Counted from the first letter of the stretch, positions 29,567 to 41,334 are shown. The stretch is 64,000 bases of DNA from Dehalococcoidia bacterium (GCA_963666115.2 CAXXET010000004.1:160001-224000), one strand, 5' to 3'. Numbers and translations: made by a program. The notes: generated by a model from the sequence alone, not told the origin.

Positions 29567-30178
29567 CTACCCCGCCCCATCGCCAACCGCAAAAAACGCC
29601 TGATCCCCAACCGCGAACCCGTATTCCGCCGCCAGCCCCGCGTTGATCTCCAGCGCGTACTGCGCCGGCGCCGCGCTCGGATACGTCCGCAGTTCAGAAG
29701 CCGGTACCCCCGGCTGCGGAACCATCGTTTGAATATCCACCACCACGCCTGCCGAATCCATGTACAGGATGTCCAGCGGTATCAGCGTATTCTTCATCCA
29801 GAAGCTGAGCGTGTATGCCGAATCGAACACGAACAGCATCCCCGCATCCTCAGCCAGGCTCTCGCGATGCATCAAGCCGAGCGCCCGCTCCTCCGCCGTG
29901 TCCGCAATCTCCAGGCCAAAGACGTGACCCTTCAATGACATCCGCCGGATTAACGCCGCGTCCTCCACGTCATCAATCGCCAGGAATCCCTCATCGAGCG
30001 GCGACGGCGTGGACGTTGGCGAAGGCGTGGACGTTACGGTCGCGGTAGCGGTCGCCGTCAGCGTGGGGGTTGGCGTCGCCGTAGCAGTCGCCGCATCCTC
30101 CCCCGCACACCCCGAAAACGCCAGCAGCCCAAGCGCCCCCACAGCGCCCACGCCAAAAACCCAACGAAGACCGCTCAT
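29567..30178 (-). CDS. DUF192-family lipoprotein
   Basis: Lipobox FSGC, TP/TA linker, EIADT..RALGLM, GMLFVF, FWMKNTLIPLD, ALEINAG. Confidence 0.88.
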   Translation of the reverse strand: MSGLRWVFGVGAVGALGLLAFSGCAGEDAATATATPTPTLTATATATVTSTPSPTSTPSPLDEGFLAIDDVEDAALIRRMSLKGHVFGLEIADTAEERALGLMHRESLAEDAGMLFVFDSAYTLSFWMKNTLIPLDILYMDSAGVVVDIQTMVPQPGVPASELRTYPSAAPAQYALEINAGLAAEYGFAVGDQAFFAVGDGAG

Positions 30179-30242
30179 CCCCCCAAGCATACAAGCCCCC
30201 CCGCCCCTCCTTTGGTAAACTTGAACCAACCGTCCTCCGCAA

Positions 30243-30317
30243 GCCAGCGTAGCTCAGGGGTAGAGCAGCGGTTTCGTAAACCGCAGGCCATCGGTTCAAA
30301 TCCGATCGCTGGCTCCA
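30243..30317 (+). tRNA. tRNA-Thr (CGT)
   Basis: GCCAGCG..CGCTGGC-T-CCA; anticodon loop TTCGTAA. Confidence 0.95.
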
Positions 30318-30420
30318 CACATCATCTCCCCAACGTCCCTCACCCCCCGCGAGGCCGCCTCTGTGCCTCACAACGATTGCCCTCAGCATCACGACGCGAA
30401 ATCCTTATGCTAGACTACGG

Positions 30421-31344
30421 ATGGACGCGGCGGGCGCATCCGCCGCGTATCAGCGCGAAAAACGGGATCGGCGCACGTGGGACACCCGGGGGTGGATCGT
30501 TAATACTGACAGCAATGGTATGGCCTCCGCCGACGGCAACGGCGGAGGCGGGCAGCGGCGCAAGAGGGGCACGTTCGTTTCCGTAGAACAGCACGTCCAG
30601 AAAAGCGTCATGGACGGCCTCATTGAACTCGTCCCCCTCCTCGTGACAATCGGCGTCATCGCATTCCTCGTCGGCTACGCCGACGCCCTGATTCGGCCGA
30701 TCATCCAACTGTTGGACCTGCCGACGCTCACCGTCACAGTCGGAGAGTCGGACTTCACCCTGGGCCTTGATTTCTGGGGAATCGGCGCAATCGTCCTTGC
30801 GATCATCTTTTATCTGACCGGCATCCTGATCTCACTGCCGCCTGGCCGCAAGGTAATGAACGGCTTTAGCGCCGTCATGTCCGTGCTGCCCGTTGTCAAG
30901 GTCGTCTTCCGCATGATGAAGCAAGCGATGGCATCCATCGGCAGCAGCAAGACGAACTTCAGCCGCGTCGTCTTCATCGAGTGGCCCCGCGAGGGAATGA
31001 TGGCGCTCGGCTTCGTCACCGGGCGCATCTATTCCCCGGAAACTCATATGACGATGGTCAGCGTCTACATCCCGACGATCCCGAACCCGACGTCCGGCAA
31101 CATGGCCTTCGTCTTTGAGGATGATGTCATCGAAACGAACCTGAACCCCGATGACGCCATGAAGCTGGTCTTCTCCGGCGGCATCGTCCTGCCTGAGACC
31201 GTCAACCTCGCCCGCCTGCCCGCCGACCTTGAGGAGCACCGCGTCTCAGACCTCGTGGGCACATTCAAGACGATGTCCACGCAGGGCGCCGGCGATGAAT
31301 CCGACATGCCCGCAATCTCCCAGGACACGAACCCCAAGTCCTAG
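30421..31344 (+). CDS. DUF502-family membrane protein
   Basis: VVFIEWPREG..LGFVT, VYIPTIPNPTSG, KLVFSGG; true start may be ATG 30520. Confidence 0.85.
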   Translation: MDAAGASAAYQREKRDRRTWDTRGWIVNTDSNGMASADGNGGGGQRRKRGTFVSVEQHVQKSVMDGLIELVPLLVTIGVIAFLVGYADALIRPIIQLLDLPTLTVTVGESDFTLGLDFWGIGAIVLAIIFYLTGILISLPPGRKVMNGFSAVMSVLPVVKVVFRMMKQAMASIGSSKTNFSRVVFIEWPREGMMALGFVTGRIYSPETHMTMVSVYIPTIPNPTSGNMAFVFEDDVIETNLNPDDAMKLVFSGGIVLPETVNLARLPADLEEHRVSDLVGTFKTMSTQGAGDESDMPAISQDTNPKS

Positions 31345-33560
31345 TTGGCCGCGCTCTCCTGCATCTCCGCCATCTCTTCCCCCGTATAGTCCTTCACGGA
31401 CTGTAGCGGGATGTCGATGTACATCTCCGTGTACTCATTCGGCGCTGACTCCACCGAGATCGATCCCCCGTGCCGCTGCACGATGTCGTTCGAAATGGCA
31501 AGGCCCAAGCCCGTCCCCTTCTCAGGCGGCTTCGTCGTGAAGAACGGGTTGAAGATCTTTTCCTTCACCTCGTCCGGCATCCCAACCCCGTTGTCGCGAA
31601 TCGTCACGCGAATCTTGTCCTCCTCGCGCCGCGTCTTGAGCCACAGCATCGGCGTGTAGTCGCCGGTATTCCCTTCCGCAGCCAGGTTCTTGCGGCGCAG
31701 GTCCGTGGCGTAGCACGCGTTCGCCACCATGTTCAGGAACACGCGGCCCAGCTCCTGCGGTATCACCTCCACCGTGCCGATGTTCGGGTCGTAGTCCTCC
31801 TCCGTCGTCAGGTTGAAGTCGGAATCGGTGGCCCGCTGGCTGTGATACGCAAGCCGGTACTGCTGGTCGACAAGCACGTTCATGTCAACCTGCTCCCACT
31901 CGCCCGTGTCCCGCCCAATCTGGAGCATGTCATGGACGATGCGGTTCGCCCGGTCGCCGTGCGACTTGATCCGCCCCAGGTTGTCATGCAGGTCGCCCAC
32001 GACCTCATCGAAGTACGACTTCTGATCATCGGACACCTCCAACTTGGGGTCCTCGAAAATCTCCTTGAGCTCGTCGACAAGCTCCTGTGACGCCTCGGAG
32101 AAGTTGTTCATGAAGTTCAGCGGGTTGCGGATTTCGTGCGCCACGCCCGCCGTCAACTCGCCCAGCGCCGCCAGCTTCTCCCGCAGGACGATCTGTCCCT
32201 GCGCCTGCCGCAGTTCGCCCAGCACCCCCTCGAGCTCCTCGTTCTTGTCCTGCACTTCATTGGCAAGCTGCTCAACGAGGTTCAGGCGTTGAACCTCCAG
32301 CGCGTGCCGCCGGAAGACTTCCAGCGCGGACGCCATGATCGCAACCTCATCCTGCCCCCCGATGTCCACTGACGATTCCAGGTCGCCCTCGGCCATGCTC
32401 TGCATTCGATTGGACAGCGTATTCAGCCGCCGCAGCAGAACCCGGCCAATGAACAGCCAGATCACCAGCAGCGCCCCAACCACGCTCAGCGTCGTAATCA
32501 CCACCAGGAGAATCCGCCCGGTGCGTATTGCCTGCGTGGACGCCGCCGTGGCAGTCACCGTTCCCTCCTGTGACGAGATCACAAGCCCGTCCACCTCGGC
32601 CAGCAGTTCAATCGATAGGGCGCGGTTGCTTTCGAGAAGCTGCCGCTGCGCAACCGCGATCTGGAGCGATTGCTGCACGACGTCATAGATTCCGTCCTCG
32701 CTGAGGCCCAGGGCGGCGAACTCGTTGAGAATCGGTTGGGCCTGGTCGTGGATCTCCGTGCCCACCAGGAAATTCAGGTTGCGGTCGATCCTGCTCGTCG
32801 CCGCCTCAAACTCAGCCCGCAGCGAATCCACGAGCCTCGGGTCGGTCGCGGTGAACGCGCTCGCCAGCTGCTCCCCGCCGATCGTCACGTCTGACTGTAT
32901 CTCCACGAGCCGCCGGTATCTCTCCACCTGCTCTTCCGAAAAATGTTCAAGCCGTTGCGCCTGGTCCTGGTCGATATCGGGAAAGCCCGTCATGATGAAG
33001 AAGAGTTGGTCGTCGATGGCGGGGACAAGGACGCTGTTGAGCTGGATTCCAAGGCTCGTGAGCTCGATTTGGTGGATGCCGCGCAGGTCGATCAATGCGA
33101 ATGTGCCGTCTGTCTGTGCCGCGATGGAATCGATGTTTGAGAGAAGCGTGTTGGCGTAATTCCTGATGACGCGGATGCGCTCGGGGTCAACGCCGGGCTG
33201 CGCCTCCAGCGCCGCCATCTGCCCCTCAAACTCGTCATAGGCCGAGTCGATTTCCCCAACGAGCCTCTGGAAATCCTGCCTGTTGTCCGCCGCCGTCAAA
33301 CTTGGCGCGGCGGCAACCAGGATCTGCCCGTATTGGGCGATGCCGAACGCGGACGCCAGTTCCGGCACGCTCCCCTCATTCACCTGGTCCTGCGCGTCAT
33401 TGATGCTGTTGAATGAGAACCACGCCACCAGGCTCGCCAACAGGGTCAGCATGACCGCGCCGCCGATGCTGATATAGAGTTGCGTCGCAATGCGAATCCG
33501 CCCAAGCACTCGTTCGCGGATTCTTTGCACCGGGGCTGGCAGCGCGATAGTCATGTTCAT
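31341..33560 (-). CDS. Membrane sensor histidine kinase (helical extracytoplasmic domain, HAMP, HisKA, HATPase)
   Basis: GDLES..DEV HAMP, AHEIRNPL, NMVANA, DNGVG, FFTTK, GTGLGL. Confidence 0.93.
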   Translation of the reverse strand: MNMTIALPAPVQRIRERVLGRIRIATQLYISIGGAVMLTLLASLVAWFSFNSINDAQDQVNEGSVPELASAFGIAQYGQILVAAAPSLTAADNRQDFQRLVGEIDSAYDEFEGQMAALEAQPGVDPERIRVIRNYANTLLSNIDSIAAQTDGTFALIDLRGIHQIELTSLGIQLNSVLVPAIDDQLFFIMTGFPDIDQDQAQRLEHFSEEQVERYRRLVEIQSDVTIGGEQLASAFTATDPRLVDSLRAEFEAATSRIDRNLNFLVGTEIHDQAQPILNEFAALGLSEDGIYDVVQQSLQIAVAQRQLLESNRALSIELLAEVDGLVISSQEGTVTATAASTQAIRTGRILLVVITTLSVVGALLVIWLFIGRVLLRRLNTLSNRMQSMAEGDLESSVDIGGQDEVAIMASALEVFRRHALEVQRLNLVEQLANEVQDKNEELEGVLGELRQAQGQIVLREKLAALGELTAGVAHEIRNPLNFMNNFSEASQELVDELKEIFEDPKLEVSDDQKSYFDEVVGDLHDNLGRIKSHGDRANRIVHDMLQIGRDTGEWEQVDMNVLVDQQYRLAYHSQRATDSDFNLTTEEDYDPNIGTVEVIPQELGRVFLNMVANACYATDLRRKNLAAEGNTGDYTPMLWLKTRREEDKIRVTIRDNGVGMPDEVKEKIFNPFFTTKPPEKGTGLGLAISNDIVQRHGGSISVESAPNEYTEMYIDIPLQSVKDYTGEEMAEMQESAAN

Positions 33561-34795
33561 GATGCCGACTCCACTAGGGTTTCAACGGGGTGATAGGCGC
33601 CATCGGTTCCGATCACCGTGAGATAGACGGCGTCTGAACCCTGGTTGTCGCCCTCGCCAAATTGCAGCCTGAATCCATCGATGGTGAGCAGGTGGGCATT
33701 CTGCAGCGAATGCAGGAAGCACTCGCGGTCCAATTCCTCGCGGCAGGCCGCGATGCCCGCGGCAGCCAGCCTGCCTGCGATATACCCTTCAAGCGAGTAG
33801 ACGTTGGCCTCCGCGTTCACGTCGTATGCCTGGAGAGCGTTCTCAAACGCCAGCACGATTTGCTCGGTATCCCGCGTCACCAGCGGCATCACCTGCGTCG
33901 CATAGACCCCCGCCCCTGAGTTCCCCAACTGCTCCAGCAGCCGCTTGTTGCCCGCCACGGACACCGTGAAGAACTGCGTGTGCAGGCCCGTCCGGTTCGC
34001 CCACTTGATCATCGCCACGATGGGCTCAAACGTCCCGATCAGCAGCACCGCCTCCGGGTGAGCCGGCGAAATGTCCAGCAGGGCCGACTTGATCGCATTC
34101 GTATTCGGCGTATAAAGCCCAACGGCAATGGGCTCCATGTTGCGCGACCTCAGCGCCTGCCGCGCTCCTGAGTAGCCGCTCCGCCCATACGCGTCGTCCT
34201 GGTACAGCAGCCCGATGCGCGTAATCCCGCGCCTGTCGACGAGATAGTCGATGACCGCCTGCGTCTCCTGCTTATAGGAGGCGCGAAGGTTGATCACGTT
34301 GTCCGGCGCGCCCTCCCGCAGGAATTCCGCCCCGGTGTATGGCGCGATGATCGGGATTCCCTCCTGCGCCGCGATCGGCAAAACCGCGCCCACCGTCGGC
34401 GTGCCGGCAGAGCCGAGAATCGCGAATATATCCTCGTGCTCGATGAAATGGTCGATATTCCTCAGCGCCTTCGCCGGATCATAGTCGTCGTCCAATGTGA
34501 TGAGGCTGAGTTTCCGTCCGCTCACCCCGCCCCGGGAATTGATCTCATTGAACGCCGCCTCGATCCCGATTTGCAGGCTCGTCCCAATCTCCCCGAAATC
34601 GACGGACTGCCCGAAGACAACCTGGTCGCGCGTCACCCCCGGCGAGTTCACAATCTGATCCGGTGTCGCGACAGGCTCCGGCGTCGGAGTATCCGACTCG
34701 CCCGGCAGTCCAATTTCAGGGATGCAGCCGCCCAGCAATGCTGCCGCTCCAACGGCGGCGGCGAAAATCACTCGGGCCAGCGTGGGTGTTGCCAT
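33557..34795 (-). CDS. Leu/Ile/Val-type (PBP1) substrate-binding lipoprotein
   Basis: Lipobox LGGC, GGVSGRKL..LDDDYDP, GTPT, NLRASY, YQDDAYG. Confidence 0.88.
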   Translation of the reverse strand: MATPTLARVIFAAAVGAAALLGGCIPEIGLPGESDTPTPEPVATPDQIVNSPGVTRDQVVFGQSVDFGEIGTSLQIGIEAAFNEINSRGGVSGRKLSLITLDDDYDPAKALRNIDHFIEHEDIFAILGSAGTPTVGAVLPIAAQEGIPIIAPYTGAEFLREGAPDNVINLRASYKQETQAVIDYLVDRRGITRIGLLYQDDAYGRSGYSGARQALRSRNMEPIAVGLYTPNTNAIKSALLDISPAHPEAVLLIGTFEPIVAMIKWANRTGLHTQFFTVSVAGNKRLLEQLGNSGAGVYATQVMPLVTRDTEQIVLAFENALQAYDVNAEANVYSLEGYIAGRLAAAGIAACREELDRECFLHSLQNAHLLTIDGFRLQFGEGDNQGSDAVYLTVIGTDGAYHPVETLVESAS

Positions 34796-34808
34796 TCCAG
34801 CCTCGCTG

Positions 34809-35219
34809 CTAAATCTTGGCGACCAGTTTCATCCTGTTCTTATTGTCCGTCCGCACGTAGGAAACGTCGTCCATGATCGTTCGGACAATATGCACGCCCC
34901 ACCCCCCGATCCGTCGATCCATCATCGGCCCCTCCAGGTCCGGGGCGGGCGCGTCGCTGATCGGGTTGAAAGGCCGCCCGTCATCGACGATCTCGATGGT
35001 CACGTTTGAATCCTCGGTCTGCACGGACACGTCGATATAGTGGATTTCCTCATCCGTATAGCCATAGTTCATGATATTGAGCGTCAGCTCTTCAAGAACC
35101 AGGTTGATCTTGTAGACCAGTTCCAGCGGCCACCCGCTCTCCTCGCCAAGCTCCTCGATGGCGGCGGTGATGCGGTCCAGTTCATCGTGCTTGGACTCGA
35201 TGGTCATTGAGATGCTCAC
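34809..35219 (-). CDS. Anti-sigma factor / Ser kinase (RsbW-like)
   Basis: LEELTLNIMNYG, DDGRPFNP, GGWG, N..KL. Confidence 0.88.
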   Translation of the reverse strand: MSISMTIESKHDELDRITAAIEELGEESGWPLELVYKINLVLEELTLNIMNYGYTDEEIHYIDVSVQTEDSNVTIEIVDDGRPFNPISDAPAPDLEGPMMDRRIGGWGVHIVRTIMDDVSYVRTDNKNRMKLVAKI

Positions 35220-35228
35220 GGCGCCGTC

Positions 35229-36440
35229 CTAATCGTCCCTGCGCAGCACCAGGCACGTGATGTCGTCATGCTGTGGCGCAGACCCCGCAAACTCTCGAAT
35301 CACGTCGATGACCGCGAGAGCGGTGCTCTCAGGATCGGTGGGCGGCGACGACGCGAAGTAGTCGCGAACGTGCTGGATGCCCATCGGCTCCTGTGCCTCG
35401 TTCATCGCCTCCGTCACGCCGTCCGTCACGAAGATCACGCTGTCGCCCGGCGCAAGGTCAACGCTGTTTTCCATGTAGTCATAGTCCGGCGCGACACCCA
35501 GGACAATTCCCTGCGTAAGCGCAAGCTCCTCGGATGACCCGTCCGGGTGGACCAGCAGGGGAGGATTCTCCCCGCCGCTCGCATACGTCAGCCGCCCGGA
35601 TCGCGGGTCGAAAACAGAATAGAGAACCGTGACGAACATCCCCGTTTCGTTGTCCTCCACCAGGAGGCTGTTCACCTCCGTCAGGACCTCCCCGGGATGC
35701 CCCTTGCCCACCGCCGCGCCCTTCAGCAGCGTGCGCGAGGACATCATGAACAGCCCCGCCGCCACCCCCTTGTCGGACACGTCCGCCACCACCAGCCCCA
35801 GGCGGTCGAACTGGAGCTTCATCAGATCGAAGAAGTCCCCGCCGATGTTTCTCGCGGGCCGCATCGTCCCATACACCGAGTACCCGTCGCCGGTCGGAAA
35901 GACCGTCGGCAGGATGGACTGCTGCATATTCTTCGCGACGTCCAGTTCATTCTGGATGGCGACCAGCCGGTCCCGCACGTTCAGCGCGTCCCGCAGCTCC
36001 TGGATATGCCGCAGCGTTCGGTCAATGGTCACGCGCAAATCGTCGAAGTCCACCGGCTTCGTGATGAAGTCAAACGCCCCGCGGTTCATCGCGGTGCGGA
36101 TATTCTGCATGTCCCCGTACGCGGAGATGATCACGGAGCGGACGTTGGGCTTTGCCTTCGGAATCTCCTGCAGCAGAGTAAGCCCGTCCATCTGCGGCAT
36201 GTTGATGTCGGACAACACCATGTCGATGTCGTCGTCCGCTTCCAATTCCTTCAGCGCTTCAAGCCCGTTGTGCGCGAACACGAAGCTGTAGCGGCCGGAC
36301 CGTATCTCGCGCCGCATCCGCTGCCGAACGAGCGGCTCAAGGTCGGGCTCGTCGTCAACGACGAGAATCTTATAGCTTTGTAGATCGTCCGGCAGCCCGT
36401 CCGCCTGCTCGGTCTCTTCGCTGGAAACGTCAGTGGTCAT
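35229..36440 (-). CDS. Response regulator-PP2C (SpoIIE/RsbU-type) phosphatase
   Basis: ILVVDDE, SDINMP, FITKP; GGDFFD, ADVSDKG, TDGVTEA, DDIT. Confidence 0.92.
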   Translation of the reverse strand: MTTDVSSEETEQADGLPDDLQSYKILVVDDEPDLEPLVRQRMRREIRSGRYSFVFAHNGLEALKELEADDDIDMVLSDINMPQMDGLTLLQEIPKAKPNVRSVIISAYGDMQNIRTAMNRGAFDFITKPVDFDDLRVTIDRTLRHIQELRDALNVRDRLVAIQNELDVAKNMQQSILPTVFPTGDGYSVYGTMRPARNIGGDFFDLMKLQFDRLGLVVADVSDKGVAAGLFMMSSRTLLKGAAVGKGHPGEVLTEVNSLLVEDNETGMFVTVLYSVFDPRSGRLTYASGGENPPLLVHPDGSSEELALTQGIVLGVAPDYDYMENSVDLAPGDSVIFVTDGVTEAMNEAQEPMGIQHVRDYFASSPPTDPESTALAVIDVIREFAGSAPQHDDITCLVLRRDD

Positions 36441-36461
36441 GAGTCTCCCCGCGCAACCCAA

Positions 36462-36803
36462 TCACTTTGAGATAGCTGCGGCTGCCTCGGCCCGCGACTC
36501 GTGGATCGCGATGATGTTGTCGAAGCCACTGATCTTGAAGACCTCCCGGATCGGCTCTGTCAGTGAACACAAAGCCAACTGGCCTCCCTGGCGCTGGAGA
36601 GTCTTGGCCGTCAGCAAGATCACTCGCATCCCTGCGCTGCTGATGTACGACACGTTCTCGAAGTCGATTATCAGAGCCTTGTCCTCAGGCTGAATCACGT
36701 TCTCCAACGCGGCCTGGAACTCCTGCGCGCTTCCACTGTCTATCCTACCCTCCGTCTTGGCGACGACGGTTACCTGATCCCTCTCAGCATCGACTTTCAG
36801 CAC
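36462..36803 (-). CDS. STAS-domain anti-sigma factor antagonist (RsbV-like)
   Basis: GRID, YISSAGMRV, VFKISGF. Confidence 0.9.
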   Translation of the reverse strand: MLKVDAERDQVTVVAKTEGRIDSGSAQEFQAALENVIQPEDKALIIDFENVSYISSAGMRVILLTAKTLQRQGGQLALCSLTEPIREVFKISGFDNIIAIHESRAEAAAAISK

Positions 36804-36964
36804 GGTAACCTCCCACGGTACCCTCTTGTCTGTCGGTAGTATGCCACACTACAGGCAACTCGACTAGCAACCCCCCGCAATTCGCCCCCCGTCACCAAAT
36901 TATCGCATAATGGACGAACCGCCCTCACCCCGAACCTGCCCCATAATGGGCAGGCCGGTCAAAT

Positions 36965-37050
36965 GCCGAAGTGGCGGAATGGCAGACGCGACGGTCTCAA
37001 ACACCGTTGGGGGCAACCCCGTGTCGGTTCGACTCCGACCTTCGGCACCA
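36965..37050 (+). tRNA. tRNA-Leu (CAA)
   Basis: GCCGAAG..CTTCGGC-A-CCA, long variable arm, loop CTCAAAC. Confidence 0.95.
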
Positions 37051-37057
37051 CCCCCGT

Positions 37058-37131
37058 TGCCCGGTGGTGCAGTGGTAGCACAGGGGACTTTGGATCCTCT
37101 GACCCAGGTTCGAATCCTGGCCGGGCAGCCA
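37058..37131 (+). tRNA. tRNA-Gln (TTG)
   Basis: TGCCCGG..CCGGGCA-G-CCA, loop CTTTGGA. Confidence 0.95.
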
Positions 37132-37139
37132 CCCACAGC

Positions 37140-37219
37140 CACCCTAAGCCCCCCATATCACCGAGCCCCACATGTCATCCTGAGCCCCCATATGTCATTC
37201 TGAGCGCAGCGAAGAATCC
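37140..37219 (+). repeat. REP-like palindrome A1 (37193-37219) preceded by three decayed heads
   Basis: caccctaagccc / atcaccgagccc / tgtcatcctgagccc / full TGTCATTCTGAGCGCAGCGAAGAATCC. Confidence 0.8.
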
Positions 37220-37246
37220 AAAATCGTGAATCCACCACCCAACACC

Positions 37247-38206
37247 ATGACCACACAACCAAACCACCCCACCACCCCCACCCGCGCCCTCGTCACCGGC
37301 GGCGCAGGCTTCATCGGCGCCCACCTCGTCCAATCCCTCCTTAAACACGGCCACGATGTCACCGTAGTGGACAACCTCTCCTCCACCCCGACCGCCGGCC
37401 GCCCCCAACCCCCCGCCTCCCTCCACAACCTGGACATCGCCGATCCGTCCCTGGCAGACGTCTTCGCCCAGTTCCGCCCGGAAATCGTCTACCACCTCGC
37501 CGCCCAGGTCTCCGTCGCCCGCTCCATGCGCGAACCCGAGGCGGACGTCCACACCAACATCCTCGGCGGCATCAACGTCCTCCAACAATGCGCCCGCTTC
37601 GGCGTCAAGCGCATCGTCCTCTTCTCAACGGGCGGCGCCCTCTACGGCGAACCCCAATACCTCCCCTGCGACGAGAACCACCCCATCAAACCGCTCAGCG
37701 TCTACGGCGCCAGCAAACACGCCCTGGAGCAGCACACGCGCGTCATCGCCGAGGCGAACGGCATCGAGTACACCATCCTCCGCCCCGGCAACGTCTACGG
37801 CCCAGGCCAGGACCCCCACGGCGAAGCAGGAGTAATCGCCATCTTCACCCAAAAAATGCGAGCGGGTGAAGAAGTAACCATCTACGGAGACGGCACACAA
37901 GAGCGAGACTACATCCACGTCGATGACGTCGTGGCTGCGGCCACGACCACCCCCCACCCCAACACCCCCCCATCAGCCACCTACAACATCGGAACAGGCG
38001 TCCCCACGACGGTCAACCAAATCTTCTCCTTAATAGCGGAGCAAACCGGCTACACCCGCTCCCCCGCCCACGCCCCCGAACGCCCCGGCGACGTCCACCG
38101 CATCTACCTAAACATCGAAAAAGTCCGCGATGAACTAGGTTGGACACCCCAGGTCAATCTACGCGATGGCATCCACCAAACCATTGCCGCCCTCCCCTCC
38201 CCCTGA
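37247..38206 (+). CDS. NAD-dependent epimerase (UDP-glucose 4-epimerase-like)
   Basis: TGGAGFIG, HLAAQ, STGGALYG, YGASK, NVYGP, RDYIHVDD. Confidence 0.9.
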   Translation: MTTQPNHPTTPTRALVTGGAGFIGAHLVQSLLKHGHDVTVVDNLSSTPTAGRPQPPASLHNLDIADPSLADVFAQFRPEIVYHLAAQVSVARSMREPEADVHTNILGGINVLQQCARFGVKRIVLFSTGGALYGEPQYLPCDENHPIKPLSVYGASKHALEQHTRVIAEANGIEYTILRPGNVYGPGQDPHGEAGVIAIFTQKMRAGEEVTIYGDGTQERDYIHVDDVVAAATTTPHPNTPPSATYNIGTGVPTTVNQIFSLIAEQTGYTRSPAHAPERPGDVHRIYLNIEKVRDELGWTPQVNLRDGIHQTIAALPSP

Positions 38207-38220
38207 GCAACCCCCCCCTC

Positions 38221-38245
38221 CGTTCACCCTGAGCCTGTCGAAGGG
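38221..38245 (+). repeat. REP-like palindrome subtype A3 (TCACCCTGAGC-N-GTCGAAGGG)
   Basis: Further copies ~40524, 41200, 45163, 46581 (+) and 49616, 51963, 53746, 56682 (-). Confidence 0.85.
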
Positions 38246-38328
38246 CCCCATATCACAACCGCCCCCAACCCTGTACCATGTAATGTCGTGCATACGCGCG
38301 CTCAAACACCGCACATCCAGGGGGGTAA

Positions 38329-40506
<2,178 letters not shown>

Positions 40507-40594
40507 CCCCAAAAGCCCCCCCCACTCACCCTGAGCGCAGTCGAAGGGCACCCCCCTCCGTCACCCCCCCCCATTCCGTCATTCCCGCCCCCCT

Positions 40595-40647
40595 CCGTCA
40601 TTCCGGCGAAGGCCGGAATCCATCCCGTGCCCCGACAGGGCCACAAC
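40595..40647 (+). repeat. 53-bp direct repeat, left of GIY-YIG gene (contains CGTCATTCCGGC-GAAG-GCCGGAAT palindrome)
   Basis: Matches 41140-41192 with 5 mismatches. Confidence 0.85.
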
Positions 40648-40672
40648 CCCCCCTACCTGCTAAAATCCCAAC

Positions 40673-40969
40673 ATGACCCAATCACGCATACCATGCGTCT
40701 ACGTCATGGCCAGCAAACCGAGAGGAACCCTGTACATCGGAACAACATCCAACCTTCCCGCCCGCGTCTGGCAGCACAAGACAAAGGCAACCGATGGATT
40801 CACGGCAAAATATGATGTCAATACCCTCGTCTGGTACGAAGTCCATGACACCATGAGCGCCGCCATCGAACGGGAGAAAGCCCTCAAGAACTGGAAACGA
40901 CTCTGGAAATTCCGCCTAATCGAAGAGATGAACCCAGAATGGCAGGACCTATACCAAACCATCCTCTAG
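40673..40969 (+). CDS. Small stand-alone GIY-YIG endonuclease
   Basis: CVYVM..TLYIGTT, RVWQH, FTAKY, AIEREKALK.W.R.WK..LIE..NP.W.DL. Confidence 0.92.
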   Translation: MTQSRIPCVYVMASKPRGTLYIGTTSNLPARVWQHKTKATDGFTAKYDVNTLVWYEVHDTMSAAIEREKALKNWKRLWKFRLIEEMNPEWQDLYQTIL

Positions 40970-40981
40970 CCCCGCCCCCCT

Positions 40982-41139
40982 CCGTCATTCCGCCATCCCT
41001 CCGTCATCCCCACCCCACCCCCGTCATCCCCACCCCACCCCCGTCATCCCCACCCCACCCCCGTCATCCCCACCCCACCCCCGTCATCCCCACCCCACCC
41101 CCGTCATTCCGCCATCCCTCCATCATCCCCACCCCCCCT
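40982..41139 (+). repeat. 20-bp tandem repeat CCGTCATCCCCACCCCACCC (5 perfect copies 41001-41100 plus variants)
   Basis: Directly visible; each unit begins with the head of the adjacent REP. Confidence 0.92.
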
Positions 41140-41192
41140 CCGTCATTCCGGCGTAGGCCGGAATCCACCCCGTGGCCCGCTAGGGCCACAAC
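41140..41192 (+). repeat. 53-bp direct repeat, right of GIY-YIG gene
   Basis: Matches 40595-40647. Confidence 0.85.
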
Positions 41193-41334
41193 ACCCTCCG
41201 TCCACCCTGAGCCCAGTCGAAGGGTGCACACCCCTCCCCCCAACCATCGTGCTATCCTAAGACAACCGTTCGCTACCAAAGAACCGAACCCAGGAGCCCA
41301 CAATGCGAGTCACTGCTAGCCTAGCGAGGCAATC

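Noticed and set aside
34542-34556. Self-target of array spacer 1 (14/15 nt match to GGCGTTCAACGAGAT on the minus strand)
   Set aside because: Covers only the distal half of the spacer and corresponds to common codons (AFNE); plausible by chance
41001-41100. 20-bp tandem repeat as a CRISPR array
   Set aside because: Units are contiguous with no unique spacers; they derive from REP heads
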